64,000 nt of DNA from Balanoglossus misakiensis (lineage: Eukaryota > Animalia > Hemichordata), in assembly GCA_040954595.2 (NCBI GenBank), contig CM082595.2, forward strand, positions 6,560,093 through 6,624,092, given 5' to 3'. The notes beneath the pieces were generated by a model that made no database searches, had not been told where the DNA came from, and saw nothing but the letters and a program-made list of their open reading frames with translations. Position numbers and translations under genes: made by a program. Each line of letters begins with the position of its first letter. Position 1 is the stretch's first letter. Of the stretch, positions 1 to 12,800 are shown piece after piece.

Positions 1-1682
1 TATCATTTTATTCTTTGATTTTGGGGGTTCAAAAATACACAAAATAACATGTCAAAATAGAACTGCTGACTATCATCAAGGTGCGATTAAAATTATCGAT
101 AACATGAGCAATACAAAGCACTTCAAGCGACTTCATCAAAACGCTTTCCGAAGGACAAGTATTGGATGAAAAGTTTGAAACAGATTTTGATTTTGATTCC
201 TAACATCTATCTATGTACATGCGCCCTAGACATAGTTTGTTTCTATAGTAACTTTAACAAACCAATCGACTGTCATGATACTTGCTTTCTGCCATCATTT
301 TATGGGGAAGTGATTCTTTATTTGCATGAATCATTTGATGAAGATAAAATAGAAAAGCTGGATTCTGCACTGATTGAAACTGGTCAGATCAATTTATAAG
401 GTTGAGAAACAAGATGCCGTTTTTTCCTGGGTTGACTAAATTTGGAATTTTGTTCATCAAAGATATTTTTATGGGGAAAATAACGAATCAACTGAGCTTT
501 ACTTGTTAAACTTTTATCACAAAATGCCCAAATGTTACGAAAATTGTGTTTATGCCAGGCCACTATTATAATATATATATGGTTATACAGTGTTTTAACT
601 AAGTTTGTTGTAACCGGGGTTATTACCAAACTTGAATTTCTTTAGCGACTGAATCTCGATCCTGTATTTACCCCTTTAACTAGTTTAGTGATGATATATA
701 TTTTGAAAATTACTCTTTGAGCAGTTTCTTGTTTCAAATATTGTAATATGAATTTATTGTGGTGTTTTATAATTGTTATTTTGTGGGTGAGATTATCTGT
801 ATTGGCGGCCATTTTGAAAAAAATGAAAAAATGGTTGCCATGGAAACTCATCATCTGAGCCAAGTACGACACCCAAGTGGATTAAACATACATGTATATA
901 TGTTGCCTCACTGACACAATGTTCACTTTGCACACAGTATCATATATAAAAACGTAATAAAAATACACATTACTCTTTACTTATGAAGAGAAATTGTTGT
1001 TAGAGACCGGGTTTCAAAAAAACACCGAGGACGTCGGGCCATCAGTGTGCATTCAACGTCTTATAACTAAGCATGAATATACGGTGCTGGCATAATGTGA
1101 GTGTGGCCATACGATGCTTTCGCTATTAATGAACAACTTGTATGTTAACAAATGCCAGTTTTGTTGGCAAAAATTATGTTTTTGGCTTTTCACAACATTG
1201 AACATACATTCATAGTTCAATAACTTGTGAATTGTGGACCTAAACGTTCATACGTTCAATGTTCTGGTGTTTTTTAACGGAGCGATCGGTCACGATGTTA
1301 CCAACGAGCATGTACAGTCTAAACTAAATCCTCGTTGTGTATGTTTATTTGTTTGTTTTTGTTGTTTTTTACATGCTATTACATGTACATACAAATATGA
1401 AAAGTTTCATTTCAGTTATTCATTAAAATGCAAACATTTGCCAAAAAACATGTGAATAGACACCTCACAGGCCAGAGTTGTATCATTAGCTTTCAGTTGT
1501 CAATTTTAGCATGACATCATGACTAATTAAGCTAATTTTGCATATTTTCCATGCTGCACCTTGTCTGACAAGGTAAACGATTGCATATTTGAATTCCTTG
1601 ACCCTGAAAACATTGGAATAGACACCTCACTTAACACCGTTGGCTCTCTTTTGTAGACCATTGATTTTAGATGGGCGTGTCA

Positions 1683-2747
1683 CCTAATTAACATAAATTA
1701 GCATTTTTACCAATTCACCAAATGTTTCTAAATTAAAAAAATTGTGTAAAAATATTTAAATGATATAAGAATATGATTTCAATAGACTATTATGGTGTTG
1801 ACCTGTGATATTGCACCATAATGGCTACAAACAGCGTTTTCTTTTAGGTATTTCTAAATTATGACGTCACAAATTAATTTGCCATTTTCGACATGAAAAC
1901 GTGAAAAGAATTTTTGGGAACAGGCAAATTCGAAATCAGCGTATTCGAAATATCCAAAAACAACTTGTTCCCAGCTTGTACCAAAAAAATGAATGACATG
2001 CTTTTAAAATGCTCATATTCTGAAATTTCCACCTGGACCTAATTAACATAAATTAGCATTTTACCAATTCACAAAATGTTTCTAAATTAAAAAAATTGTT
2101 TAAAATATTTAAATGAATATAAGAATATGATTTCAATAGACTATTATGGTGTTGACCTGTGATATTGCACCATAATGGCTACAAACAGCGTTTTCTTTTA
2201 GGTATTTTGAAATTATGACGTCACAAATTAATTTGCCATTTTCGACATGAAAACGTGAAAAGAATTTTTGGGAACAGGCAAATTCGAAATCAGCGTATTC
2301 GAAATATCCGAAAACAACTTGTTCCCAGCTTGTACCAAAAAAACGAATGACATGCTTTTAAAATGCTCATTTTCTGAAATTTCCACCTGGACCTAATTAA
2401 CATAAATTAGCATTTTACCAATTCACAAAATGTTTCTAAATTAAAAAAATTGTTTAAAAATATTTAAATGAATATAAGAATATGATTTCAATAGACTATT
2501 ATGGTGTTGACCTGTGATATTGCACCATAATGGCTACAAACAGCGTTTTCTTTTAGGTATTTTGAAATTATGACGTCACAAATTAATTTGCCATTTTCGA
2601 CATGAAAACGTGAAAAGAATTTTTGGGAACAGGCAAATTCGAAATCAGCGTATTCGAAATATCCAAAAACAACTTGTTCCCAGCTTGTACCAAAAAATGC
2701 CTGACATGCTTTTAAAATGCTCATTTTCTGAAATTTCCACCTGACTA
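1683..2747. repeat. Three tandem copies of a ~355-bp unit, probably the terminal segment of a DNA transposon
   Basis: CCTAATTAACATAAATTAGCATTTT recurs at 1683, 2038 and 2392; copies differ by a few bases; the array ends ...TTTCCACCTGACTA at 2747. Confidence 0.93.
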
Positions 2748-5700
2748 TAAGTGCGTATGTGATATTTTCAGCGTTCAGTATTTGAAAACAGGACTAGGCT
2801 CCACACTCGTGGCGATTGAAATGCAGTCCAGCATTTGTAAGTTGCCCTGGCAATCCATACGCATTGAATACTGGCACTGCAATGTCTTGAAGCCATTGAA
2901 ACAATCAGGGGCTTCATACATAACAATTAGTCTTATTTTATGGTGACATTGCTATCATTTGTTATACTATCCATCACACATGCTCTGCTAGCCAAGCATA
3001 TGGTAATTGATAAGACACTTAAATGGAGAATGCAATTAATTAAAGTAAAAAAACCAATTAATTAAATGATGGAAGATAACACTGTATGTTAATTACCTAT
3101 TTTGCATTTGTAACAAGAATATTACTTATTTTGCATTTGCAACAAGAATATAAGTCTGTTATGTTACTACAATTCTACCGTGTTTAAGCAGTATTTGTCA
3201 GCCGTGTGTGATTTGCATTTTAGTTCAATTTTATGATTATTTCATCAAACCAGCCAACGTGCAGTACACTATTGATGAAACGAGATATTTACCATTCAAA
3301 TTGCTAAATGTACTGCTACATTTAGGTGCTTAATATTTACCTGTATGTATCACGCATGCAAGTGTCATACGGCAAGAGTATATCTGGGATGTCAACTAAC
3401 ATCTTATGGCACAAGTCTCCATATTGCAACATATTCTGTGGTGTCAAACGAAATTCATTTAATCATGATCACATTTCTGCTGTATGATTCACTACGATCA
3501 AAATGTATTACGTGTGCTAGTGCAGTTTATTCTGGTACAATGATGAATTACACAGAAGCTCAAAAGTTACCACAGCCATACGTCATAAGCAATAAAAAGC
3601 AGCCATTTTAATATCCTGAAGACACAGACGATCAGAAAGAATGAGTCAAAACTTTGTTGAATACCTTTAGGTTCAACTGTCATAATTTTTCCTCTGGAGT
3701 CTGATATACTGTTGTGCCAGTGGTCCGCATATATTTGGTACATGTGAGTGGAATGTAAAAATTAAGGGGAACAATTAACTCGCACTTTGTCGACATATGC
3801 TCATGAATAGCTCATACATGTACTATTAAACGTTAACCCTTATGTATACATTTATATGCTATCTTCTAGAAAAACAGTGTTTATTGTATTTGATCATACA
3901 ATTATTCAGGAAAATGAAATACTGGCAAATATCATTATCAATGAGGCTGTGTCGTGAGTTTGACAATGGATGGCAGTGATGAATGTGGGCGTTGCATTTT
4001 GTAATGGCATATGGTTGAAGTTCACGACATATACCGGTAGTGGGCGTTTAACGAGACAGTCTGTTGATTGTGTTAAAAAGTACTGTTCGTTTAGTTACAT
4101 GCAATTCGGGAAGTTGCATATATTTTTTATGGCTGCCAGGTCTCATTTCGAGATCATTATCAACTATAAATTTTTCACAAGCAAATTGTACTCTGACAAA
4201 TTCCAATGAGATTTCAGTCCGAAACGTTTCAAATAAATCACAGTGTGGTTTTCACTTTTAATGGTGTTACACTCTGTGCCCTGAAAATCTCAAACAGCTG
4301 AATTCTATAGGGAATGGCAGCAGACAGTCGCCCAGTTAGTCACATCTCCAACTCAAGGAAAGTTGTACAAGTAACAGAAAATGTTGGTGATCTTTTGTAC
4401 TTTTTGTACTTCCAAATGACTGCCTAATTATGTAGAGGTCGTGAATTTCTTTGTTTTAACTTTTTGTACAAATTCCAATAATTTGGAAGAAAAAATGATG
4501 TGTCCAAAACTATCTGCCACCTGTAGAAGGTATGTGTTAACTTTAATTTACAGTTTCAATCTGATTTGTGGAGTGAACGAACTTTATGTCAAGTGTATCT
4601 TATGTACTCTGGCATAAACGACTTCTAGTGATGAGGATCAGCTGGCAAGAAAAGAAAACAGTCCTTAAACTTAAAGAGCATTGAGCGGTTGAATTTGTGC
4701 TGTTGATCTCCTGCGAATATCAGCAGGGATACATCTCACCCATGGGAAAGGAATATTCTGTGAATTGTGAAAAGGATTTGCCATGCTATATTAAATCTCA
4801 TAAAAGTTACATTTCCTGTTCATATATGTTGTAAATACCCAGATAACGACTCAGAAAACGTGAGTAATATTAAATTTTAAAAATTAGCCCCAACGCTATA
4901 TGTAAAATATTGAAGCACGACATTTAAGTGGGGGCCTATGAGAGTCTCTGAAGACATGAAAAATTGATTGCTTTTCAGGAGCCAAGATGAGGGTATTGTT
5001 ACTGCACAGCTCATTGCCAGAATATGCTCGTTGAGGAAATGTGAAAATCAAACGACTTATTCTGTAAAAAATGGAAAAAATGGGAAACAGCGTGATGTAT
5101 TGTAAATTTTCCCCATCATGATTTTGTGATGTTCCCATTTGAAAAAGTGCATTGTGTAACTTGAGAATACCTGAACACCCACAGGTAGGACTGCATGTCT
5201 GTGCATTCTATTTGAAGAAATGGCAAACAGCAAAATTACAAAAGATAGGATTTAATTACACCAACATCATGTATATTGGTAGCCCACATGGTGATGGGAT
5301 CAAACATATTCATTAGCATCATTATGCTTGACATTTGAATTTCAGATTTAATTCAGTTGCTAGTATTTATAGGGAGTGCAAATTACTTATTAGAAGTCAG
5401 TTGGATTAAGCCATGCTGAGTAATAACAAAAGGTACCATATGTAATACAAAAACCAAACATAAGGGGAAAACATTTTAATACAGGGAGTTCCAGTACAGC
5501 TGGTTTAATATTGCAGATACCATTGTGCTTTTCCTTTAATAATGTTTAACAAATCATATAGTCAGATTGAAGTGTGTTGTTCATGTGTGTTCCACATTGT
5601 ATCTGAACAGTAAAATTTTGCCATGAGAAATGATATTTGCAAGCACATTTCTTGTTAGGGGAAAATTATCTCAGAATTTCTGAGATCTACTAATGCAGAT

Positions 5701-6212
5701 TTAAGTCATTTGCAGCATAGCTTTGTATCATTTCCATGTCTGTAATATGCCGTAAGTTCCTGGAATTGGGGTACATACTCGGATTAACATAATCTATATA
5801 TGCCGTTGTATCATGGATTATTATTCCAGTGTTAACAGTTACGGCACTTATATTTGGTTGGCTATTATATTGGAGACACTGAGGCTAGACATCGCATGCT
5901 GCGAGACGGTGGATGAATATCGGTAAATCATGTTTTTACTGTGATGGGATTTCGTGGCAAGCGTTGATAAGGAGCGACTGTCACAACTTTCAAAATATCT
6001 TATTTTCGTTTGTCAACAAGGTGGATGAGTGAATGTTTCGCATACAGAAGAGGCTCGGACTATTTTTGAAGGTTTAGTAGTTAGTGTGTAGTGTACAGAT
6101 GGAGGGGTGTGATCGGCATATATAACAAGGGTATTGAGCTTCATCGGTACATCCATAGTGCATGTAGTATCTCAGCTGAAACTAGTATACCTCTATGCCA
6201 AATCCACATTAA

Positions 6213-6397
6213 AGGTATACAGTCACCTCCAATTGACATACGCCCATATATGGCTGAAATGGATTATTTGAGCTTTCTAAAGAACATATGGTGGCGCTCT
6301 TTTTTTCGCATGTGCCACCCACTGAAAATCTGTGATTGGCTAGATCTCAATTTGCCATGGTAACTATAGCTATTTTTCCATTGGTGACTGTATACCT
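6213..6397. mobile_element. MITE family B copy 1 (TTAA-flanked, AGG...CCT ends; Kolobok/T2-MITE type)
   Basis: TTAA|AGGTATACAGTCACC...GGTGACTGTATACCT|TTAA, 15-bp TIR, 185 bp; homologous to 24730-24914 and 33861-34039 in the opposite orientation. Confidence 0.9.
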
Positions 6398-6779
6398 TTA
6401 AGAAAGTCCAGGCTAGTTGCAAACATCCTTTCCTGTTACTGAGTATTGACAGTGTCAAATCCTCCTTTCTTTCAGTCTAAACACTAACCAGGATACCGCA
6501 CTTTACATTTATAACTCTAGCCACTGCGGCAATATTGGCTGTCAACACACATTCACGTACCCTCACAGGACTTAAACAATGACTGACAAGCAGATAGCCT
6601 GAAGCTCTCGAAAGCTTATTATCTTTACCCCTAGGCATAGATTTGTCTTTAGTTCAGGGATTTCTACTAATAATCTTCATATATCATGAGAATATTAGAG
6701 TTGTCAATTTTTTGTCTTTGGAAATTGCTCAGTTTGAAATTAATATTGGAAAATTCTATAGACAAGGATGATTGACTGC

Positions 6780-6900
6780 TGTAGACGTATCCATCTGCCT
6801 CTTTTATCATTGTTACGATCGAGAAGTATCTTTTGTCCCAAGTGATGTGACGTAACATCGGATGTGAAGATCACAGATGTGTTGACAATTTCTCATTATT
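6780..6900 (-). mobile_element. Possible decayed Penelope-like retroelement fragment (GIY-YIG C-terminus)
   Basis: Two overlapping minus-strand frames give ...RHITWD / KILLDRNNDKRGRWIR, resembling the H.I.W...KILD.E....R...E segment of Penelope endonucleases; frameshifted, short, compared from memory. Confidence 0.3.
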
Positions 6901-9759
6901 GACCTATTCAAGGTTTTCACCTTTGAAAAATCACACATAGACTACACAAAAGACATTTGCGTCTCTTACTCAGATTGTTAACACTATACATACGGATAAT
7001 GGCATTCATTTCAGACTGTCAACATTACATACAATGGACAATGCAATTTTCCATCCATTTTTTTATTTGCCTTTATGTCTGGTAGATTAATTGACATTTT
7101 CTATACAGTTATGCATATTGTTTTTTCACATGATAGTTTATGAGTTTTGAGTATCTTTCTTCTTTATTGTCATACAACACATTCGGTTCATATTCCTGTG
7201 GACTAGGATGCAGATGTTATCCTTTGAGAAAATCCAGGGGCTTGTTGACAACCCGTAGTCTATTGACAACAAAGCTTGCATGTACCATTTACTATGAACC
7301 ATTCCGACTTCTCAGAATAATTCCAAAGTGCACGAAGTAGTAAATCTGAGGTGAATTCTGTCCGTGCACAATGCTAACAGTTGGAGTGTGACATGGCCAG
7401 TATATGCACTGTAGAAACTAATACAATTTTAAGATTTTATAGGCAGCTTTTAATGCTGTGATAAAACAAATGGAACTTTTATGTATTCTCTTCAGCACGT
7501 ATTACAATTCCATCACTCAGTTGAATGTCGCAGTCCTTCCACATATTCTCACGCCATTTCAGCATTATACTACTACAGACTGGATAATTGCCAGCTATTG
7601 CTTCCCCCAAATGGTCCATTTGGGTATTTGGGGCAAGCCTTTAGAGGAAAGATACACACACTATATTGAGAATGTGACAAGGTTCTAAAGGAGAGTGCAT
7701 GCCAACTCGTAAATCTCAGATTTAACCCTTTTACCCCAAGTCCTCTCTTTAAAAAAACTACAAGAAAAGGGGGAATGGAAACAAACTTGAAACTGAGGAT
7801 ATATGAAGCAAAATCTAAAATGGCGGATAAGGAAGTAAAGGATGCTGGGACAAGAATGGAAAAGGAGGCCAATAGAGGGCGTTAAAACACAACTTTAACA
7901 TTTTTTTGTAAATTTCCAAGGTCACAATTTCGTGACAATAAAGGAGCAATATTTATCATTCTTAATTCTATGAAGTTGGAAATTTTCTTTACAGTTCCTT
8001 TTCTTAGGATTGGTCAGGTTTTCAGATAACTAAAACATCATTCTTTCTTATTATTTCAGGACAAAGCAAGTTACCATTACAATAAATGTAAAGAAGAGAC
8101 CCCTTTGAATGGTTGAATTGTCATCTGAGCCAATATAATTCATTTAAGGTGAGTTAAAATAGAGGTTAAAAATCTTGAACTTGTTCAACATGTTTAGTTG
8201 ATCACAAATAGCAGATTGTCCTGGACAATTTGGGATTGCTGGGCATAAGGCAAATGATGGAGGGTGGATGAAACTTGACAGTTTGATGTTAATACCCTAC
8301 CCCTCCAACCCCAAACCCAAACAAGAAAACAGAAAAGAGCTATCGCATTGTGGTCATGTGCGTTCCACATTTACCTCGAGTGAAGGATATTGCCGAGAGT
8401 TTTATCATTATCACTAGCTCTTTAACCAGTGAGATAAGGCATTAAATTACTTGCTGAATGACTTGCCGAATGACAGTCATTTCGCCAAATAGCTTCTATG
8501 AGCAGAGTCATGCCAGCATAGAAAGTGTATACCCAGCAGTGCCGTACTGTTCAATCTAGTTGTTAACAACAGTCAGTTTGTGACAAGGTTGATAATAATA
8601 GCAGAGGGCTCACGTCGAGCTCATTACAGGTGTCTTCTGTGTTGACCGTTTTTCTCATACCTGACACCCAAGTCATACATCTATAAAGATCACATTTACA
8701 TTGTTTTTTTGCCTATAACTTTTGCCATATGACTGATATATACTGTCGTTTTTAACTGGTGTCTATGGTTGAAACATTTCATGTGAATGCTTAGATTAAA
8801 TGAAGACCTGGATATTCTTGCAATTTAGCTGAGGCAACCCATCATGAAAGCCTCATTTCCTGACATCAGATGAAAGTTAATTCTCCATATCAGCAGGGGA
8901 ATTCCTACCTGACTCTTATCGAGCCAGCTCATCAGGTTTCATGTTGCATGTTCTTTTTCCCCCCGCATCAATTTTCACATCACACAGGGTGTACATCCCT
9001 TGATTTATCAGCAGCCGTGGTTACTGTGTTTCACTTTCATCACTTGGTGCAGTCCTAGGAGGGTTTCGTCAATCAAGACACACGTTTTTTGTTTGTAGAT
9101 ACACCTGCAGATTGTTTGAGTAACAGCATCTTGTCTGCCACCTTTCATGTGTGTGGCCAATAGCTTACATCGGTTGAATACATAAGAAGTCACAGCATTC
9201 ACTTCGAGAAATTCTCTCAACTCCTGTAGCATTTCCTGTGAATCCAAGTTTATATTCAGAACTTGTTGTACCGTAAAATTGATTTGTATGTCTAAACTTA
9301 AATTTTCTCTGAGATTCTATGTTCAATATTATATCACACCTTGTGTTGAATGTTGCTTTATGAACGTCAAAACGTTCCAGCAATAATTGATATCTTTTAT
9401 TATAATGTCACAGTCTGGATGAAATTTGTCGGAAAATGTGAGGAATATGGTAGTACATGTATATAGAGGTGGATTCTCCACATTGTTTTAACATTCTTGC
9501 AGAAGTGCTTGACATTTATATTTTTGCTACTTGTTGAGTTGTGGCAATTTGCAGCAGTTGAAGTTGAACTTCCTTGATCAGAGTGCATCATCTTCTGTCT
9601 CTGTGAAGGTCATGTTCTTAACAGTATTTTTTTCCACCTCCTTCACAGCTGTGATCTTCTTTCTCAAGCCTGTCTCTGAACACAGGTCCTGCTTGGCCAT
9701 TGAAATCAGTCCAAATAGGACAAAACTGCAGTGGTCAAAGGGTTTTAAAAACCCTCCCC

Positions 9760-9870
9760 ATATAACACACTAACCCATCAAACCCATATACAACACACTA
9801 ACGCAAAGTTCATATATAACACACTAACTAATCAAAGCCTATATATAACACACTACTCATTAAAGCAATC
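9760..9870. repeat. Degenerate ~30-bp minisatellite
   Basis: About 4 copies of ATATAACACACTAAC..TCAAAGC-like units. Confidence 0.6.
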
Positions 9871-12800
9871 AACAATAGCATCAGCACATGTCACTCATCA
9901 AAGCCATTGACTGTATTGTTAACACACGTCACTAATGGTCAATTAACACTTCTTTGTATTCCCGACAACTTTCAAGAAGCATGTCACGGAGAACCCGACG
10001 AATATCCTACTAATTTAGATTCTCCATTGATCTCCTCTTTTATGCACAGTTCAGTGGACTCTGATTCATCGAAGCCATCTGAACCCACAGCTACATGTGC
10101 TCCACTCAACCGTTAAACTGGGACTCATTGTGCGTACACTAACCTATGTTACAAGATCTAGAGGTGAATGAATGGCGGTCTCCATACTTAATCACTTCAA
10201 TATTGTTAAGGCAAGACCCTCTTCTCCTAATCAACACTCACGCTTTCGCAGTGTCAATGTCCAACCCTCATTTGCTTTGCTAACATTTGTGACCCAAATC
10301 ATTTGTTTTTAACCCTTCATATATACTAGCAGTACATCAGGAACAACTGTTGAAATTTTCAAATGTGTCAAGAATATATGAACTAGAAAACATGGTTTAC
10401 ATATATGAATATAAACTTGACAAGACTGAAATTATATAAAAGAAGGCAACAAGTTACAGAATGGCAAAATTAAAATATGCGTGCTTCTCTCCCTTTAACA
10501 CACTGGTGAATTAGCCAGCTACAACTCACAATTTTGCACTTGAATATATGCTATTAGCAGTGTTTTTCATCTAATGTGTGTGTTTGTTCATACGTCGATC
10601 AGGTCTGTGTTTTGTACATGTATTTTAATTGGTTGTGTAATTTGTGTAGTGCTGTGCAATGTCTCTGAATAGTTTGACTTTCCAACACAGTTTTGCCATA
10701 AGACATACAGTAGTTACCACTGATCCAATATCGTACCAAACCTTGTCAATTTCAATGTCATCCAACGTCGATTAGCATATTATCAGATAAGGCCTTGAGG
10801 TTGAATGCAAATTGAATTTGCATTTCATATGCTTTGCTTAAACTGCTGCCAACCGGCATCTTGTCAAACGCGCATGTGTGTGCAGTGACTATGTGAGTGT
10901 ATTAAACACACTGTCATCCGAATGAATATCTGCACTTATATATTGATTTTGTAGTATCTTGTTTATATCGGTTTTATAGAGATGAAAGTGATATGATATT
11001 ACATATAAGAGTAATGAATGTCTTGAGGATTTATGATTATCTGGATCAAGCTAACCTGTGATATTATCTGGTAAATCAAAGCATCACGTACGTGTATCTA
11101 CACTGTACTGAAGTGTTCTCATTGGAAGTGGAGAGAAATACTATTGCCAACAGCGTGGATACCCTGACTCTCCAGTAATCATGTTCATTTTTAAATCTTT
11201 GATGTAATACATAGAGACACATTTTGCCTAGGATGCTCCAGCCAAGATAATTAGGGCCTGCAGCTATCTTTATCGTTAGACATGCTCAAGATGCATTGCC
11301 TGGGGGCAAGGGGTATGAAAATGGTTTGATGCAGTCATGGGACATTTTTGTCTGCATTATTCATTGCTCATACATCTTTGTACTTTATACATTACCATGC
11401 GATATCTCTGTGCACATCTTGAAAAAAAAATCATCACCATACTAGATGTTATAAGGATTGAATATGAAACAGGAATATATGGATTCTGGTTTTATCAGAT
11501 TGTGTAGGCAGGGAGACATCTTTTAATCGGCATTTTGCAAAATGAATATAAAATAAATCAGAGGCAAATTTGCTTTCTTGGTGGAAATGGTAAAAGTGAA
11601 TGTTTCCATGGTTTCCAGTAACCCAATCTATTGTAATTGTTCCATGTACCTACTTGTGGGGGAAATACTTGTTTCACTCCCTACTAGATGATGAAATGTC
11701 AATTTTTTGGTGTTTCTCAAATACATTTGTCAAAATAACAGTCACACTACAGGCAGATGAGCGAAGCTGAGTATTGTATCAGAACTGAACTTAATAGTAG
11801 TAAACAAAACAAATACAGAAAAATAGTCAACATTTAGCTGATGTCCAATTGCTGCTGATAAATTTCCTGGTAACCAATCATAGGGAAAATGATACATGTA
11901 CCGGTAGGTTATGTTTTCGTGATACTTTTGTACCATTTGGTATAACGTTTCCACTTTAGGGGCTTTTGAAATTTCAAATCAAGAAATAATTTGAATAATC
12001 TGATCAATATCTTGGTATGTACCGATACACCTCAGTGTGTACCACACACTCTAATTTAATTTAACCTCATTGGTTTTCAACAGACGCGAGTGGGCTAATG
12101 TATGTGTAGAATTCATGAAGGGCAAAGTGGTTGAATCGTGCCGCCCGGTGTGCAACTGACAGAGGGGAAAAAATCAGACAGGAAGTTCAGCACAGTGCTC
12201 TGAGATAGGGCTGCTTTGTAAATCCTTGCATGATACATTTGGCGCCAGTAGAGTGCCGATTACATGCTCGCGTATCCGATGCCTCGCATGTAGTCGTGAC
12301 TTGGTTTCTGTGATGTGGGTATGCGACTGAGTTTGCTGGTGGTTGTGTTATTATCCCCATTTGCCCAAGGGGGCAGAGGATATGCTGTGTAATTTCAGCG
12401 GAAAATTTTCCGATGGTGAATTTTACTAAATGTATCATTATGGTTCATTGCAGTGTTCATGATGCAGGCAATCAGTTTCATTTAGTTTGCAGCCACAATC
12501 ATAGAGAGTATAAGCTTTCTCAGTATACATTGGGTTTTAGGGTAGGCAATCTTATATCAGTTAAACTGTTTCACCCCATTACCCAGTGGAAAGATCCGTT
12601 CTGCATAATTTGATCCGTTCTGCATAATTTGATCCATCATGGGCTACCTTAAACTAAACATTTAATTTGGTTTAGTGTAGAATGAAAGGGCAAAGAGTTT
12701 GTCATTTCGTTTTTAAACGCCATAAAAATTGACAAATAAGTGAATTATAAGGTCATACTGAAAATTGCAATCTCCATGAATTTCATGAACAAAATTATCT

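Noticed and set aside
6091-6458. Similar ORFs recurring at 6.1-6.4 kb and 24.7-25.1 kb
   Set aside because: The similarity comes from the shared non-coding MITE B sequence.
7722-7885. Second piggyBac-type element starting TTAACCCTTTTACCCC
   Set aside because: No matching right TIR could be identified.
12321-12392. Signal-peptide-like MRLSLLVVVLLSPFAQG
   Set aside because: Stops after 23 codons with no donor site in frame.
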